Under the pieces are notes generated by a model. That model did not search any database. It was not told the origin of the DNA and saw nothing but the letters and a program-made list of their open reading frames with translations. 64,000 bases of DNA from an uncultured Solibacteraceae bacterium (GTDB taxonomy: Bacteria; Acidobacteriota; Vicinamibacteria; Vicinamibacterales; SCN-69-37), in assembly GCA_964423815.1 (NCBI GenBank), contig CAYRGW010000009.1, positions 3,467-67,466 on the forward strand, written 5' to 3'. Shown here piece after piece: positions 39,236 to 49,002 of the stretch (the stretch's first letter is position 1; the number at the start of each line of letters is the position of its first letter). The position numbers and the translations under genes were made by a program.

Positions 39236-41089
39236 TCAGCGTGCCTTGACGGCCCGCGCGATCGCCGCGGCTGAGATGCCGTAACGCTCGAGCAGTTCGT
39301 CGGGTTCGCCGCTGCGCGGAATCTCGCGCACGGCGAGGCGCTGGACGGTGAAACCCTGATCCCAGACCGCTTCCGAGACGGCGTCACCGAGACCACCCTG
39401 CGCGTAGTGATCCTCGACGGTGAGAATCCGTCCGCCGCTCGCCTTGCCGGCCGCAATCAGGCCCGCGCGATCGATCGGCTGGATGCAGTACGCATCCACC
39501 ACACGAATCGCGATGCCGTCCTTCGCGAGCAGTTCGTGCGCCTTGAGCGCTTCAAACAACGTCACACCGGCGGCCACGATCGTCGCGACGTCCTTGTCGC
39601 TCTGCCGCACCACCTTGGAGCCGCCCACGGGGAACTTCTCGTCGGTCGAATAGATGACCGGTGTCTTCGGACGTGAGCTGCGAATGTAGACCGGGCCCGG
39701 CGTCGCCGCGGCGACGGCCACGAGACGTTCCGCGCACACGGCGTCCGACGGGTAGAGCACGGTGCAGTTGGGCACCGCGCGCGCCATCGCCAGATCTTCC
39801 AGCGCCATCTGCGACGGGCCGTCTTCACCGATGGACACACCGGCGTGTGATCCACACAACTTGATGTTGAGCATCGAGATGCCCGACATCCGGATGAAGT
39901 CCGCGCCACGCTCAAGGAAACACGCAAAGCTGGACGGATACGCAATGGCCCCGCGGCTGGCGAGCCCCATCGCGGCACCGATCATCGCCTGCTCGGCGAT
40001 AAACGTCTGGTAGAACCGCTCCGGATGCAACTTCTCGAACCGATCACTGAACGTCGAATTTTTCACGTCGGCGTCCAGCGCCACGATCCGCTTGTCCACA
40101 CCACCAAGCGCGGCGAGTGCCGTGCCGTACGCTTCGCGCGTCGCGACCAGGTCACCCATCTTGTACGCCGGGGCGGGCATGGCCGCCACAAAGTCCGGCA
40201 GGGCCCCTTCCGAGCGACGGGTCGCGGGCTTCGGAATCACGGGCGCGGGATCGGATGTCGGAATAATCGCGGCCTCAAGTTCGGCGATCGCCGCATCGGC
40301 TTCCGCCCCCTTCTTGAGGGGTTTGCCGTGCCAGTTGTCCTTGTCCTCAAAAATCGAGCAGCCCTTGCCCTTGAGGGTCTTCGCGACAATCATCGTGGGC
40401 CGGCCGCTCATACCGCGCGCTTCCGCCAACGCGGCGCGCAGTTCCGAAATGTCGTGACCGTCGACCACGATGGCGTGCCAGCCGAAGGCACGGTACCGCG
40501 TCGCAAACGCGTCCACGTCGTGCGCGAACTGCGTCGCGCGGCTCTGGCCAAACGCGTTGACGTCGGTGATCGCGCAGAGGTTGTCGAGGTTGTGATTGGC
40601 GGCGACCTGCGCGGCCTCCCACACGGACCCTTCCGCACTTTCGCCGTCACCCAACAACACGTAGGTCCGGTAGTCCGACCCGATGCGGCGCGCGTTGAGC
40701 GCAATGCCGACACCGGCGGCCAATCCCTGGCCCAGCGACCCGGTCGCCACGTCCACAAACGGGAGGCGCGGCGTCGGATGCCCCTCCAGGTCGGACGTAA
40801 TCTTGCGGAGGTTCATCACGTCCTCGCGCGGAAACGCGCCGGCCGCGGCCCAGGCCGCATACAGAATCGGGGCCGCGTGGCCCTTCGACAACACGAAGCG
40901 GTCGGCCTCGGGGTGCTGCGGATCCTTTGGATCAAACCGCAATTCGTCGAAAAACAGGACCGCAAGGATGTCGGCCGCCGACAGGCAGGTCGTCGGATGC
41001 CCCGACCCGGCTTCGGTCGTGGAACGCACCGAATCGATGCGGAGTTGAGTAGCGAGGTTGTGGAGGACGTTATTGGATGGTGGAGTCAT
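39236..41089 (-). CDS. tkt: Transketolase
   Basis: GSGHP, DRFVLSKGH, EGHP, TGSLGQG, GDGE..EG, IAEQ, GEDGPSQ. Confidence 0.95.
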   Translation of the reverse strand: MTPPSNNVLHNLATQLRIDSVRSTTEAGSGHPTTCLSAADILAVLFFDELRFDPKDPQHPEADRFVLSKGHAAPILYAAWAAAGAFPREDVMNLRKITSDLEGHPTPRLPFVDVATGSLGQGLAAGVGIALNARRIGSDYRTYVLLGDGESAEGSVWEAAQVAANHNLDNLCAITDVNAFGQSRATQFAHDVDAFATRYRAFGWHAIVVDGHDISELRAALAEARGMSGRPTMIVAKTLKGKGCSIFEDKDNWHGKPLKKGAEADAAIAELEAAIIPTSDPAPVIPKPATRRSEGALPDFVAAMPAPAYKMGDLVATREAYGTALAALGGVDKRIVALDADVKNSTFSDRFEKLHPERFYQTFIAEQAMIGAAMGLASRGAIAYPSSFACFLERGADFIRMSGISMLNIKLCGSHAGVSIGEDGPSQMALEDLAMARAVPNCTVLYPSDAVCAERLVAVAAATPGPVYIRSSRPKTPVIYSTDEKFPVGGSKVVRQSDKDVATIVAAGVTLFEALKAHELLAKDGIAIRVVDAYCIQPIDRAGLIAAGKASGGRILTVEDHYAQGGLGDAVSEAVWDQGFTVQRLAVREIPRSGEPDELLERYGISAAAIARAVKAR

Positions 41090-41138
41090 GCGCGTGCGAG
41101 CGTCAGTCTACTGTACGCATGACATAATCGCAGTACGA

Positions 41139-41627
41139 ATGCCGGCGTTACGCGTGGTCTCCCTAGCTCTTATCGCACTCTTGATCGGGGGCCTCGCGGT
41201 TCTCGGTATGGTGGTCGCCCCGTCAATTTTTCGCGTGCTCGAAGCCACCGACCCGGTCGCGGGCCGGACGCTGGCCGCGCTGGTGTTTGGTGATATTTTC
41301 GCCACCTTCCAGCGATTGTCGTGGTTCCTGGGCGGCGGACTTCTGGCGCTGCTCGGTCTCCGGGCCGCGTTGGGCCCCCGGCCACGGCGGCTGGCGGTTC
41401 AGCTCTGGCTGGTGATCGGCATGCTCGCGGCGAGCGCGTACACCGGCCTGATTGTGGCGCCGCGCATCGACACCCTGCGGACCGAGTCGAGTACGACGAT
41501 GGCCGCGTTGCCGGAGTCGGACCCGCGCCGCGTTGAATTCGGACGGCTGCATGGCCTGTCCAACGGACTGATGGCGCTCACCCTGATCGCCGGACTATGT
41601 GTGTTCTGGATCGAATCACGAGACTGA
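41139..41627 (+). CDS. DUF4149/TMEM205-like membrane protein
   Basis: VAPSIF, four TM, FGRLHGLS. Confidence 0.8.
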   Translation: MPALRVVSLALIALLIGGLAVLGMVVAPSIFRVLEATDPVAGRTLAALVFGDIFATFQRLSWFLGGGLLALLGLRAALGPRPRRLAVQLWLVIGMLAASAYTGLIVAPRIDTLRTESSTTMAALPESDPRRVEFGRLHGLSNGLMALTLIAGLCVFWIESRD

Positions 41628-41628
41628 C

Positions 41629-42099
41629 ATGACAACAACCACTGCCACGCTCGTCACCGAAATCCGCGCCGCCATCTCGGCCGCGCCCGACGCTTTTGCG
41701 GCCATGCATGTGGCCGTGGGTCTGCTCAAGGAGCGCCTGCCCCACTACAGCTGGGTCGGCATTTACCAGCTCGAGGGCGACACACTCGTGCTGGGGCCGT
41801 TCCTCGGCAAACCGTCGCCCCACACACGCATCCCGCTGGGCCAGGGCATCTGTGGTGCTGCCGCCACTGAAAAGGCGACGATCATCGTGGACGATGTGAA
41901 TGCGGACCCGCGGTATCTGGCGTGTTCCATCGAGACGAAGTCCGAAATCGTTGTCCCCATCCTCTACTTCACCGGTGACGGCGAACAGGTGCTGGGGGAA
42001 ATCGACATCGACTCGGACCAGCCGGCCGCGTTCGGCCCCGCCGATCAGGCACTCCTCGAACACGTCGCGTCCGCCCTGGCCGTGCGGCTCAAACAGTAG
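41629..42099 (+). CDS. msrC: GAF domain protein (free methionine-R-sulfoxide reductase-like)
   Basis: WVGIY, LGPF, RIPLGQGICG, YLACS..TKSEIVVP, IDIDS. Confidence 0.8.
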   Translation: MTTTTATLVTEIRAAISAAPDAFAAMHVAVGLLKERLPHYSWVGIYQLEGDTLVLGPFLGKPSPHTRIPLGQGICGAAATEKATIIVDDVNADPRYLACSIETKSEIVVPILYFTGDGEQVLGEIDIDSDQPAAFGPADQALLEHVASALAVRLKQ

Positions 42100-42106
42100 G
42101 TTGTTC

Positions 42107-42175
42107 GTAGGGCGTTGGCTGTAGGGCGTTGGCTGTAGCCACGCCATAACGGCGGACCTGAAGGTCACGCCCTAC
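42107..42175. repeat. Inverted GTAG-REP doublet (REPIN-like) plus a partial copy
   Basis: GTAGGGCGTTGGCTGTAGCCACGCC (42121-45, +) and GTAGGGCGTGACCTTCAGGTCCGCC (42151-75, -) between convergent genes. Confidence 0.85.
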
Positions 42176-42186
42176 AATGACAGGCC

Positions 42187-42519
42187 CTAGACTTTCTTGC
42201 GCTTGGCGACCCGCTTCTCGGTGTCCTTGCGCAGTTGCCGTTTGAGCGCTTCAAACGCCTGTCTGATCGCCGTCGTGGGCTGTGACGCCGACGAACCTTT
42301 GCGGGTCACCACAAGTCCGCCGGGAAACGCGACGGAAATCCGCACCTCGACACCGTTGCCGGTCTGCTGGCTGTGATGCGGCACTTCAACGGAGACGTGA
42401 CAGCCGATAATCCGGCCGTGCACTGATTGGAGATCCTGCACCCGTTCAGTGATGTCCTGTTCAAGGGAGGCCATACGACGCATGTGGAGGAATTTGATCT
42501 GCAGCGGTACGATCGCCAT
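42187..42519 (-). CDS. HPF/RaiA-family ribosome-associated protein
   Basis: PLQIKFLHM..IIGCHVSVEVPHH..VRISV.FPG..AIRQAF..RQL. Confidence 0.8.
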   Translation of the reverse strand: MAIVPLQIKFLHMRRMASLEQDITERVQDLQSVHGRIIGCHVSVEVPHHSQQTGNGVEVRISVAFPGGLVVTRKGSSASQPTTAIRQAFEALKRQLRKDTEKRVAKRKKV

Positions 42520-42558
42520 ACCTCGGTTATACACCCGTTTCCGCTATGATGAGAGGTA

Positions 42559-43560
42559 ATGGCGCACGCGATTACGCTGATTCCCGGCGACGGCATCGGT
42601 CCCGAAGTCACACAGGCGGTGGTGAAAGTGCTCGACGCGGCGGGTGTCGCGATCGACTGGGATCGTCAGGATGCCGGCGTCATCGCCTTTAAAAAAACCG
42701 GGCAGACCCTGCCAATCGAACTGCTCGATTCAATCAAGCGCAACAAACTCGCGCTGAAGGGGCCGTGCACGACGCCGATCGGCGAGGGTTTCACGAGTGT
42801 CAACGTCGGCATGCGCAAGGCGCTCGACCTGTACGCCAACCTGCGGCCGGTGAGCAATCTCCCCGGCGTCGCCAGTCGATTTCAGAACGTGGACCTGGTC
42901 ATCGTGCGTGAAAACACCGAGGATCTCTACGCCGGCCTCGAACACGTCATCGTCCCCGGTGTGGTCGAGAGCCTGAAGATCATCACGGAGAAGGCGTCGA
43001 CGCGCATCGGGGAATTTGCGTTTGAACATGCCATCCGCGAGGATCGCACCAAGGTCACCGCGATCCACAAAGCAAACATCATGAAACTCGGGGATGGCCT
43101 GTTCCTCGATTCCATCCGCGCGGTGTCGCGCAAATATCCGCAGGTGCCCTACGACGAAAAAATCGTGGACGCGGCGTGTATGCATCTGGTGATGCGCCCG
43201 GAACAGTTCGACGTGCTCGTGTTGCCGAATCTGTATGGCGACATCGTGTCCGACCTGTGCGCGGGACTGGTCGGCGGCCTGGGCGTGGTGCCCGGCGCCA
43301 ACCTCGGCAACGACGCGGCCGTGTTTGAGGCCGTGCACGGCAGCGCCCCCGACATCGCGGATCAGAACGTCGCCAATCCGACGGCGCTGCTGCTCTCGGG
43401 CATCATGATGCTGCGGCACATCGGTGAGACCGCCGCCGCGGTGCGGGTCAAGGCCGCGCTTGACCGTGTGCTGTCGGCCGGGGAGGTGCGCACACGGGAC
43501 CTGGGAGGCACGGCCTCCACGACCGAGTTCACGCTGGCCCTCTGTCGCGCCATCGCCTGA
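42559..43560 (+). CDS. icd: Isocitrate dehydrogenase (NAD-type; isocitrate/isopropylmalate family)
   Basis: IPGDGIGPE, SVNVGMRK, RENTEDLY, HKANIMK, NLYGDIVSD, HGSAPDIA. Confidence 0.88.
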   Translation: MAHAITLIPGDGIGPEVTQAVVKVLDAAGVAIDWDRQDAGVIAFKKTGQTLPIELLDSIKRNKLALKGPCTTPIGEGFTSVNVGMRKALDLYANLRPVSNLPGVASRFQNVDLVIVRENTEDLYAGLEHVIVPGVVESLKIITEKASTRIGEFAFEHAIREDRTKVTAIHKANIMKLGDGLFLDSIRAVSRKYPQVPYDEKIVDAACMHLVMRPEQFDVLVLPNLYGDIVSDLCAGLVGGLGVVPGANLGNDAAVFEAVHGSAPDIADQNVANPTALLLSGIMMLRHIGETAAAVRVKAALDRVLSAGEVRTRDLGGTASTTEFTLALCRAIA

Positions 43561-44679
43561 ATGTCCCCCAGCACCGAGCCGGACGAACTCACACAGGCGG
43601 TGCTGGCACATGCGGATGTGGCGCGGTATGTCCACTGCACCGAGACCCGCGCGCGTCTGGACGAGTACCTCGAAGAACTGCGCACGACCCAGCGCTACAA
43701 GTTCTACCGGGCGCTGCAGCACCCGCTGTATCCCATTCTCCGCAAGGTGGATCGCATCACCGAACACGTGGACCGGGCCAAAACTGCGCTTGCGGCCGGC
43801 CACGTCGTCTACGTCTCGAATCACAAGAGCCATCTCGATTACCTGATCGAGTTGCTGGTCCTCGACAAACACGACATCCGGCCGCCCCTGATTGCTGCCG
43901 GGATCAATCTGTTTGGCGGCGCGCTGGGGTTGCTGCACCGCCACATCACCGGGGCGATTCCGATTCGGCGCGGCAGCAAGGATCCCGTGTATCTCGCGAC
44001 GCTCAAGGCGTATGTGGTCGAGGTGCTGAAGCGCCATGACCTGCTGTATTACGCGGAGGGCGGGCGGAGCTACACCGGGGAACTCAAGGCGCCCAAAACC
44101 GGGCTGCTGCAGGCCGCCCTGCAGGCGGACCGCAGTCAGTTGTTTGTGGTGCCGATGGCGATCGCCTACGACCTGGTGCTCGAGGAAAAGATCATCACCC
44201 GCGACGCCACACGGAAACACAAGCGGCCGTTTGCGCAGGAGATCACCGAGATGATCCGGCACGCGGTGGGGTACGAAAGCCGCGCGTTTGTGACCTTCGG
44301 GCATCCCATCCATCTGGCCGAATACGACCCGCTGGCGCGTCGGGACCTGGTCGCCCTCGCCCACCGGATTCAGCATGAGGTCGGCCTGCTGCACAAGGTG
44401 CTGCCGACGGCGCTTGTGGCGTCGGCGCTCCGCGCCAGCATGACCACAAGTGAGCTGACGGCCCGCATCGACGATCTGCTGGCCCTGTTGTCAGCCCAGA
44501 ACGCCAACCTCGCGGTCTCCAGCGGCCGGCAGGCCGTTGAGGAAGGTGTGCCGCTGCTGGTCGCCCGGGGTATTCTGGTGACTGAGCGTCAGCGCGTCCG
44601 CGTGCGGGATCGGGTGTCGCTCCGTTATTACGCTCGCACATTGCAGCACCTGCTTCCTCACCGGAGACTTACGCACTGA
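43561..44679 (+). CDS. Glycerolipid acyltransferase (PlsB-like)
   Basis: NHKSHLD (HX4D), AGINL, EGGRSYTG..PKTGLL. Confidence 0.82.
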   Translation: MSPSTEPDELTQAVLAHADVARYVHCTETRARLDEYLEELRTTQRYKFYRALQHPLYPILRKVDRITEHVDRAKTALAAGHVVYVSNHKSHLDYLIELLVLDKHDIRPPLIAAGINLFGGALGLLHRHITGAIPIRRGSKDPVYLATLKAYVVEVLKRHDLLYYAEGGRSYTGELKAPKTGLLQAALQADRSQLFVVPMAIAYDLVLEEKIITRDATRKHKRPFAQEITEMIRHAVGYESRAFVTFGHPIHLAEYDPLARRDLVALAHRIQHEVGLLHKVLPTALVASALRASMTTSELTARIDDLLALLSAQNANLAVSSGRQAVEEGVPLLVARGILVTERQRVRVRDRVSLRYYARTLQHLLPHRRLTH

Positions 44680-45614
44680 TGTTCGCCGCGCTCCCCAAAA
44701 CCGCCTTTTCCATTCTTGCCGGCAGTTCGATGCTCAAGTCCCTGGCATCCACGTACGGCATGCGCTCGCCCTCCAGCTTTGCGCGCCGCTTCATTGCGGG
44801 CGAAAACGTCGAGGAGGCGATCGCCGCCGCCCGCGACGTCGAACGCCAGGGCCTGCTCGTCACGCTCGACCTGCTGGGCGAGAGTGTGGCCTCGGCAGAC
44901 GAGGCCCTCGCGGCGACCAAGGCGTACATCGCCGTCATCGAGGCCATCCAGGCGTCGGGTGTGGGGCGGAACGTGTCCCTGAAGCTCACCCAACTGGGAC
45001 TTGATATCGACCAGGCGACGTGTATCGACAACCTGCGCCGCATTCTGGACGTCGCCAAGGCGGGCGATTTTTTTGTCCGCATCGACATGGAGAACTCGCC
45101 CTACACCGACCGCACACTCGACACGTTCGAGACGTTGTGGAATATCGGGTACCACAACGTGGGTGTGGTGATTCAGTCGTATCTGAAACGTTCGATGGAC
45201 GACATCCGCCGCGTGAATGCGCTGGGCGCACGCGTGCGCCTCGTCAAGGGCGCGTATCGCGAGCCGGCAAACGTGGCGTATCAGCAGAAGGCCGACGTGG
45301 ATCGCGCGTTTGTGGATCAGATGCAGGTCCTGCTGGCCGAGGGCACCTACCCCGCCATCGCCACACACGACCCGGCGATGATCGACGCCACCACGGCGTT
45401 TGCGACGCAGAAGAACATCGCAAAAGACCGCTACGAGTTCCAGATGCTCTACGGCATCCGGCGCGATCTGCAGACGTCACTGTCGGCGGCCGGGCACCCG
45501 TTCCGCGTGTATGTGCCGTTCGGCACGGAGTGGTTCCCCTACTTCATGCGCCGGCTGGGTGAACGCCCCGCCAACGTCGGCTTCATCGTCGGCAGCCTGT
45601 TGAAGGAAAAATAA
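44679..45614 (+). CDS. Monofunctional proline dehydrogenase
   Basis: RRFIAGE, SLKLTQLG, IDME, RLVKGAY, ATHD, YFMRRLGERPAN. Confidence 0.93.
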   Translation: MFAALPKTAFSILAGSSMLKSLASTYGMRSPSSFARRFIAGENVEEAIAAARDVERQGLLVTLDLLGESVASADEALAATKAYIAVIEAIQASGVGRNVSLKLTQLGLDIDQATCIDNLRRILDVAKAGDFFVRIDMENSPYTDRTLDTFETLWNIGYHNVGVVIQSYLKRSMDDIRRVNALGARVRLVKGAYREPANVAYQQKADVDRAFVDQMQVLLAEGTYPAIATHDPAMIDATTAFATQKNIAKDRYEFQMLYGIRRDLQTSLSAAGHPFRVYVPFGTEWFPYFMRRLGERPANVGFIVGSLLKEK

Positions 45615-45668
45615 TCCGTCGGGAGGCTTTTCCGGAAAGGCTCAGCCGAAAAGCCTCCCGACGGATTA
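45612..45668. repeat. Palindrome related to family P; likely bidirectional terminator
   Basis: TAATCCGTCGGGAGGCTTTT..AAAAGCCTCCCGACGGATTA, a 20-bp perfect stem. The terminal TAA triplets are the stops of both convergent genes. Confidence 0.85.
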
Positions 45669-46796
45669 TTTTTCGCACATGGCGCGGACGACGTCCACGA
45701 GCACGTCGCGGCACGTCTCGACGTCGGCCAGGGTGACATACTCTTCGATGCTGTGCAGGCCGGCGCCGCCCGGGCCAAAAATGACCGAGGGGATCCCCGC
45801 GCCGGCCAGAATCGCCGCATCGGTCCAGAACGACATGCCGGTGGGCGCGTGGTTGAGGCCACGCGCCTGCAGCACCGCCGCCATCGCCTGCACAATACGT
45901 GCGTCATCCTCCACGCGGTAGGGTGGACGCGCGGTGACCAGGCGCGCCGTCGCGGCGAACTCGTGGTCCGCAGCCTTCAGCCGCGCGAAGATGGCCTGCA
46001 CCTCGGCGACCGCGGCCTTGCCGTCTTCCCCGGTGACCGTGCGCCGTTCCATCTGGAGCGTGCAGCGATCGGGATAACTGCTCAGTTCATGACCGCCGGC
46101 GATGATCGACGCGTGCAGCGACGCCGTCCCCTGCATGGGTACGGGCTCACGCGCCTGCAGTTCACGATCACGCGCTTCGAGCCCGTTGAGGACCCGGCCC
46201 ATACGCAGAATGGCATCCCGGCCCTCGGCGGGCCGACTGCCGTGTGCGGCGCGTCCCTTGGTTTCCACCTCAAGCCACGCAAACCCCTTGTGCCCGACGG
46301 CCATGCGCAGATCGGTGGGCTCGGTGACAATCGCGGCGTCGGCCTTCCACGTCTTCACCAACGCGTCGGCGCCGATGCTCTCAAATTCCTCGTCGGCGAC
46401 ACACGCCACAATCAGACGACCACGTGACCACGTCGTCGCGAGTGCCGCCGCCGCCGCGATCATCGCGGCGACGCCGCCCTTCATGTCCTGGGCGCCACGC
46501 CCATACAGTCGCCCGTTGTCGATGAACGGAAAAAAGGGTTCGTCCATGCCGGACACACCGACCGTGTCGAGGTGTCCGCAGAACATCATGGCGGGCCCGG
46601 GCTCCCGGCCTTCAAGTACGCCGATCACGTTTGGCCGGCCCTCGGCCGCCAGCTCAATCACGACGTCGAGGCCCGCGTCACGCAGCGCCTGCGCCGCCAC
46701 CTCCGCGACCTCCGCCTCACCAGGCGCACCGGGCACCAGCGACGGATTCACCGAGTTGACAGCCACCAGGTCGGAGAGCAGACGTGTGACATCCAT
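45666..46796 (-). CDS. M20 family peptidase/deacylase (ArgE/DapE-like)
   Basis: GHLDTV, GRGAQDMKGG, ADEE, VTEPT, GLHSIEE. Confidence 0.9.
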   Translation of the reverse strand: MDVTRLLSDLVAVNSVNPSLVPGAPGEAEVAEVAAQALRDAGLDVVIELAAEGRPNVIGVLEGREPGPAMMFCGHLDTVGVSGMDEPFFPFIDNGRLYGRGAQDMKGGVAAMIAAAAALATTWSRGRLIVACVADEEFESIGADALVKTWKADAAIVTEPTDLRMAVGHKGFAWLEVETKGRAAHGSRPAEGRDAILRMGRVLNGLEARDRELQAREPVPMQGTASLHASIIAGGHELSSYPDRCTLQMERRTVTGEDGKAAVAEVQAIFARLKAADHEFAATARLVTARPPYRVEDDARIVQAMAAVLQARGLNHAPTGMSFWTDAAILAGAGIPSVIFGPGGAGLHSIEEYVTLADVETCRDVLVDVVRAMCEK

Positions 46797-46831
46797 GGGA
46801 CATCACTGTACATCGGCATAGACTTGCGGTG

Positions 46832-47629
46832 ATGAAGGTGATCGCCATCACGGGCGCGTCGGCGGGGATTGGACTCGCGTGTGCCACCACGCTCGCTCGC
46901 CGCGGCGACGTCGTTGTGCTGTCGGCGCGGCGGGCCGACAGGCTGGGTGCGGCGGTGGACGAGATCCGCGCCGCAGGTGGTCAGGCGCTGGCCGTGCCTG
47001 GCGACGTGACGCGGGAAGGGGACATGGCCGCGCTGGTCGAACAGACCGTCGCCACGTACGGCCGGCTCGACGCGATGATTGCCAACGCCGGGATCGGCTA
47101 CCACGACCACTTCGAGACCACGCCCCCTGACGTGATGCGGCGATTGGTGGACGTCAATCTGATGGGGACGCTGTATGCGGCCCACGCCGCTGCCGCGCAG
47201 TTCAGGCGGCAACAGTCTGGACACCTGATCGTGATGTCGTCGGTGGTGGCGCGGCGCGGCATTGCGGGGTCCAGCGTGTACTCCGCCACCAAGGCCGCGC
47301 AGGCCGGCCTGGTCGAGTCACTGCGCGCAGAGTGGCACGGCACCGCGCTCCACGCCTCGGTGGTGTACCCCATTTCCACCGCGACCGAGTTCCACGATGC
47401 AATCAAACGCGACTACGGATTCGACATCCACGGCCTCGGACCAAAACAGACGGCGGCCTCTGTGGCCGACGCGGTCCTCCGCTGTCTCGATCACCCACGC
47501 GCCGAGGTCTATCCCTACCGGCGCGCGCGCCTGCTCTCGATCCTGAACATTCTCGCGCCGTCGCTGACCGACAGGTTCGTCAAGCGATTCAGTCGGACTC
47601 GCATTCAAGATGGGGAAATGGGGAGATGA
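46832..47629 (+). CDS. Short-chain dehydrogenase/reductase
   Basis: TGASAGIG, NAG, YSATK. Confidence 0.92.
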   Translation: MKVIAITGASAGIGLACATTLARRGDVVVLSARRADRLGAAVDEIRAAGGQALAVPGDVTREGDMAALVEQTVATYGRLDAMIANAGIGYHDHFETTPPDVMRRLVDVNLMGTLYAAHAAAAQFRRQQSGHLIVMSSVVARRGIAGSSVYSATKAAQAGLVESLRAEWHGTALHASVVYPISTATEFHDAIKRDYGFDIHGLGPKQTAASVADAVLRCLDHPRAEVYPYRRARLLSILNILAPSLTDRFVKRFSRTRIQDGEMGR

Positions 47630-49002
47630 GGGGATGGGGAGATGGCCTACCCGTGCCTGAACTCGCACTGGAGATCGCGCGAGCCGTGCGTGATGCGGGA
47701 GGCCGCGCCTTGGTGGTGGGCGGCTGGGTGCGTGACCGCGCACTCGGGCTCGATCCCAAGGATCTCGATATCGAAGTGTTCGGGATTGCGGCGCCCGCGC
47801 TTCGCACACTCCTTGAACGCCTGGGTCGTGTGGATGCCGTCGGCGAAAGTTTCACCGTCTACAAAATCGGCGGCCACGACGTGTCGCTTCCCCGGCGCGA
47901 GTCCAAGACCGGCCGCGGGCACAAAGGTTTTACCGTCGAGGGTGATCCTCATCTCTCGTTCGAAGATGCGGCACGCCGGCGTGATTTCACGATCAACGCC
48001 ATGTCGTGGGATCCGCTGACGGGCGAGACCGTCGATCCCTTCCATGGCGCCGACGACCTGAAGGCCGGCCTCCTGCGCGCCGTTGATGAGACGACGTTTG
48101 CCGATGACAGTCTGCGGGTGCTGCGCGCCGTGCAGTTTGCCGCGCGATTTGATCTCACCCTTGACGAGGGCACACGCACGTTGTGCCGGACGCTGCCGCT
48201 CGACGACCTGCCGGCCGAACGTATCTGGGGCGAGGTCGAAAAACTCCTGCTCCGGGCGCCGCGCCCATCCATCGGCCTCGCACTCGCGCTCGACCTCGGC
48301 ATCGTCGATCAGCTGTGGCCCGAGTTGAAGGCGCTGGTGGGGTGTGAGCAGGAATACGAATGGCACCCCGAGGGCGACGTCTGGATCCACACACTCATGG
48401 TGACCGACCAGGCGCGCGGCCGGCTCGACGGGCTCGATTATCCACGCCGCGTCGTGATGATGCTGAGCGCGCTCTGCCACGACATGGGCAAACCGGCGAC
48501 GACCCGGTTTGAAGATGGTCGCATTCGATCAAAAGGCCACGAAGAGGCCGGAGTGGCACCGGCGACCACCTTCCTCGATCGTCTCAACATCCACTCACTC
48601 GACGGCTACGACGTCCGTCGCACGGTCCTGGGCATCGTCGCCCATCACCTCAAGCCGACGATGTTTTTCAAGGCGCCGACGCCGGTGGGTGATGGCGCGT
48701 TCAGACGCCTCGCGCAGAAGGTGGAGCTGGAACTGCTCGCGCAGTTTGCCAAGGCGGACTGTCACGGCCGGGCGGGCACGTTTGAGTGCGACGCGATGGA
48801 CTGGTTCATCGAGCGTGCGCACCTGCTCGGAGTGGAACATCAGCCGCCGGCCCCCCTGCTGCAGGGACGGCACGTGCTCGCGCTGGGGCTGTCACCGGGT
48901 CCACAGGTCGGCGAACTGCTGCGGGCCGTGTATGACAAACAGCTCGATGGGCAGGTGACCACCGTGGACGAGGCGATCGCCGAGTTACGACGGCTCGTCT
49001 GA
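47626..49002 (+). CDS. cca: tRNA nucleotidyltransferase (CCA-adding/poly(A) polymerase family) with HD domain
   Basis: VGGWVRD, DLDIE, RRDFTINA, DSLRVLRA, ERIWGE, HPEGDV..H, HDMGK. Start is 47626 or 47653. Confidence 0.88.
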   Translation: MRGWGDGLPVPELALEIARAVRDAGGRALVVGGWVRDRALGLDPKDLDIEVFGIAAPALRTLLERLGRVDAVGESFTVYKIGGHDVSLPRRESKTGRGHKGFTVEGDPHLSFEDAARRRDFTINAMSWDPLTGETVDPFHGADDLKAGLLRAVDETTFADDSLRVLRAVQFAARFDLTLDEGTRTLCRTLPLDDLPAERIWGEVEKLLLRAPRPSIGLALALDLGIVDQLWPELKALVGCEQEYEWHPEGDVWIHTLMVTDQARGRLDGLDYPRRVVMMLSALCHDMGKPATTRFEDGRIRSKGHEEAGVAPATTFLDRLNIHSLDGYDVRRTVLGIVAHHLKPTMFFKAPTPVGDGAFRRLAQKVELELLAQFAKADCHGRAGTFECDAMDWFIERAHLLGVEHQPPAPLLQGRHVLALGLSPGPQVGELLRAVYDKQLDGQVTTVDEAIAELRRLV

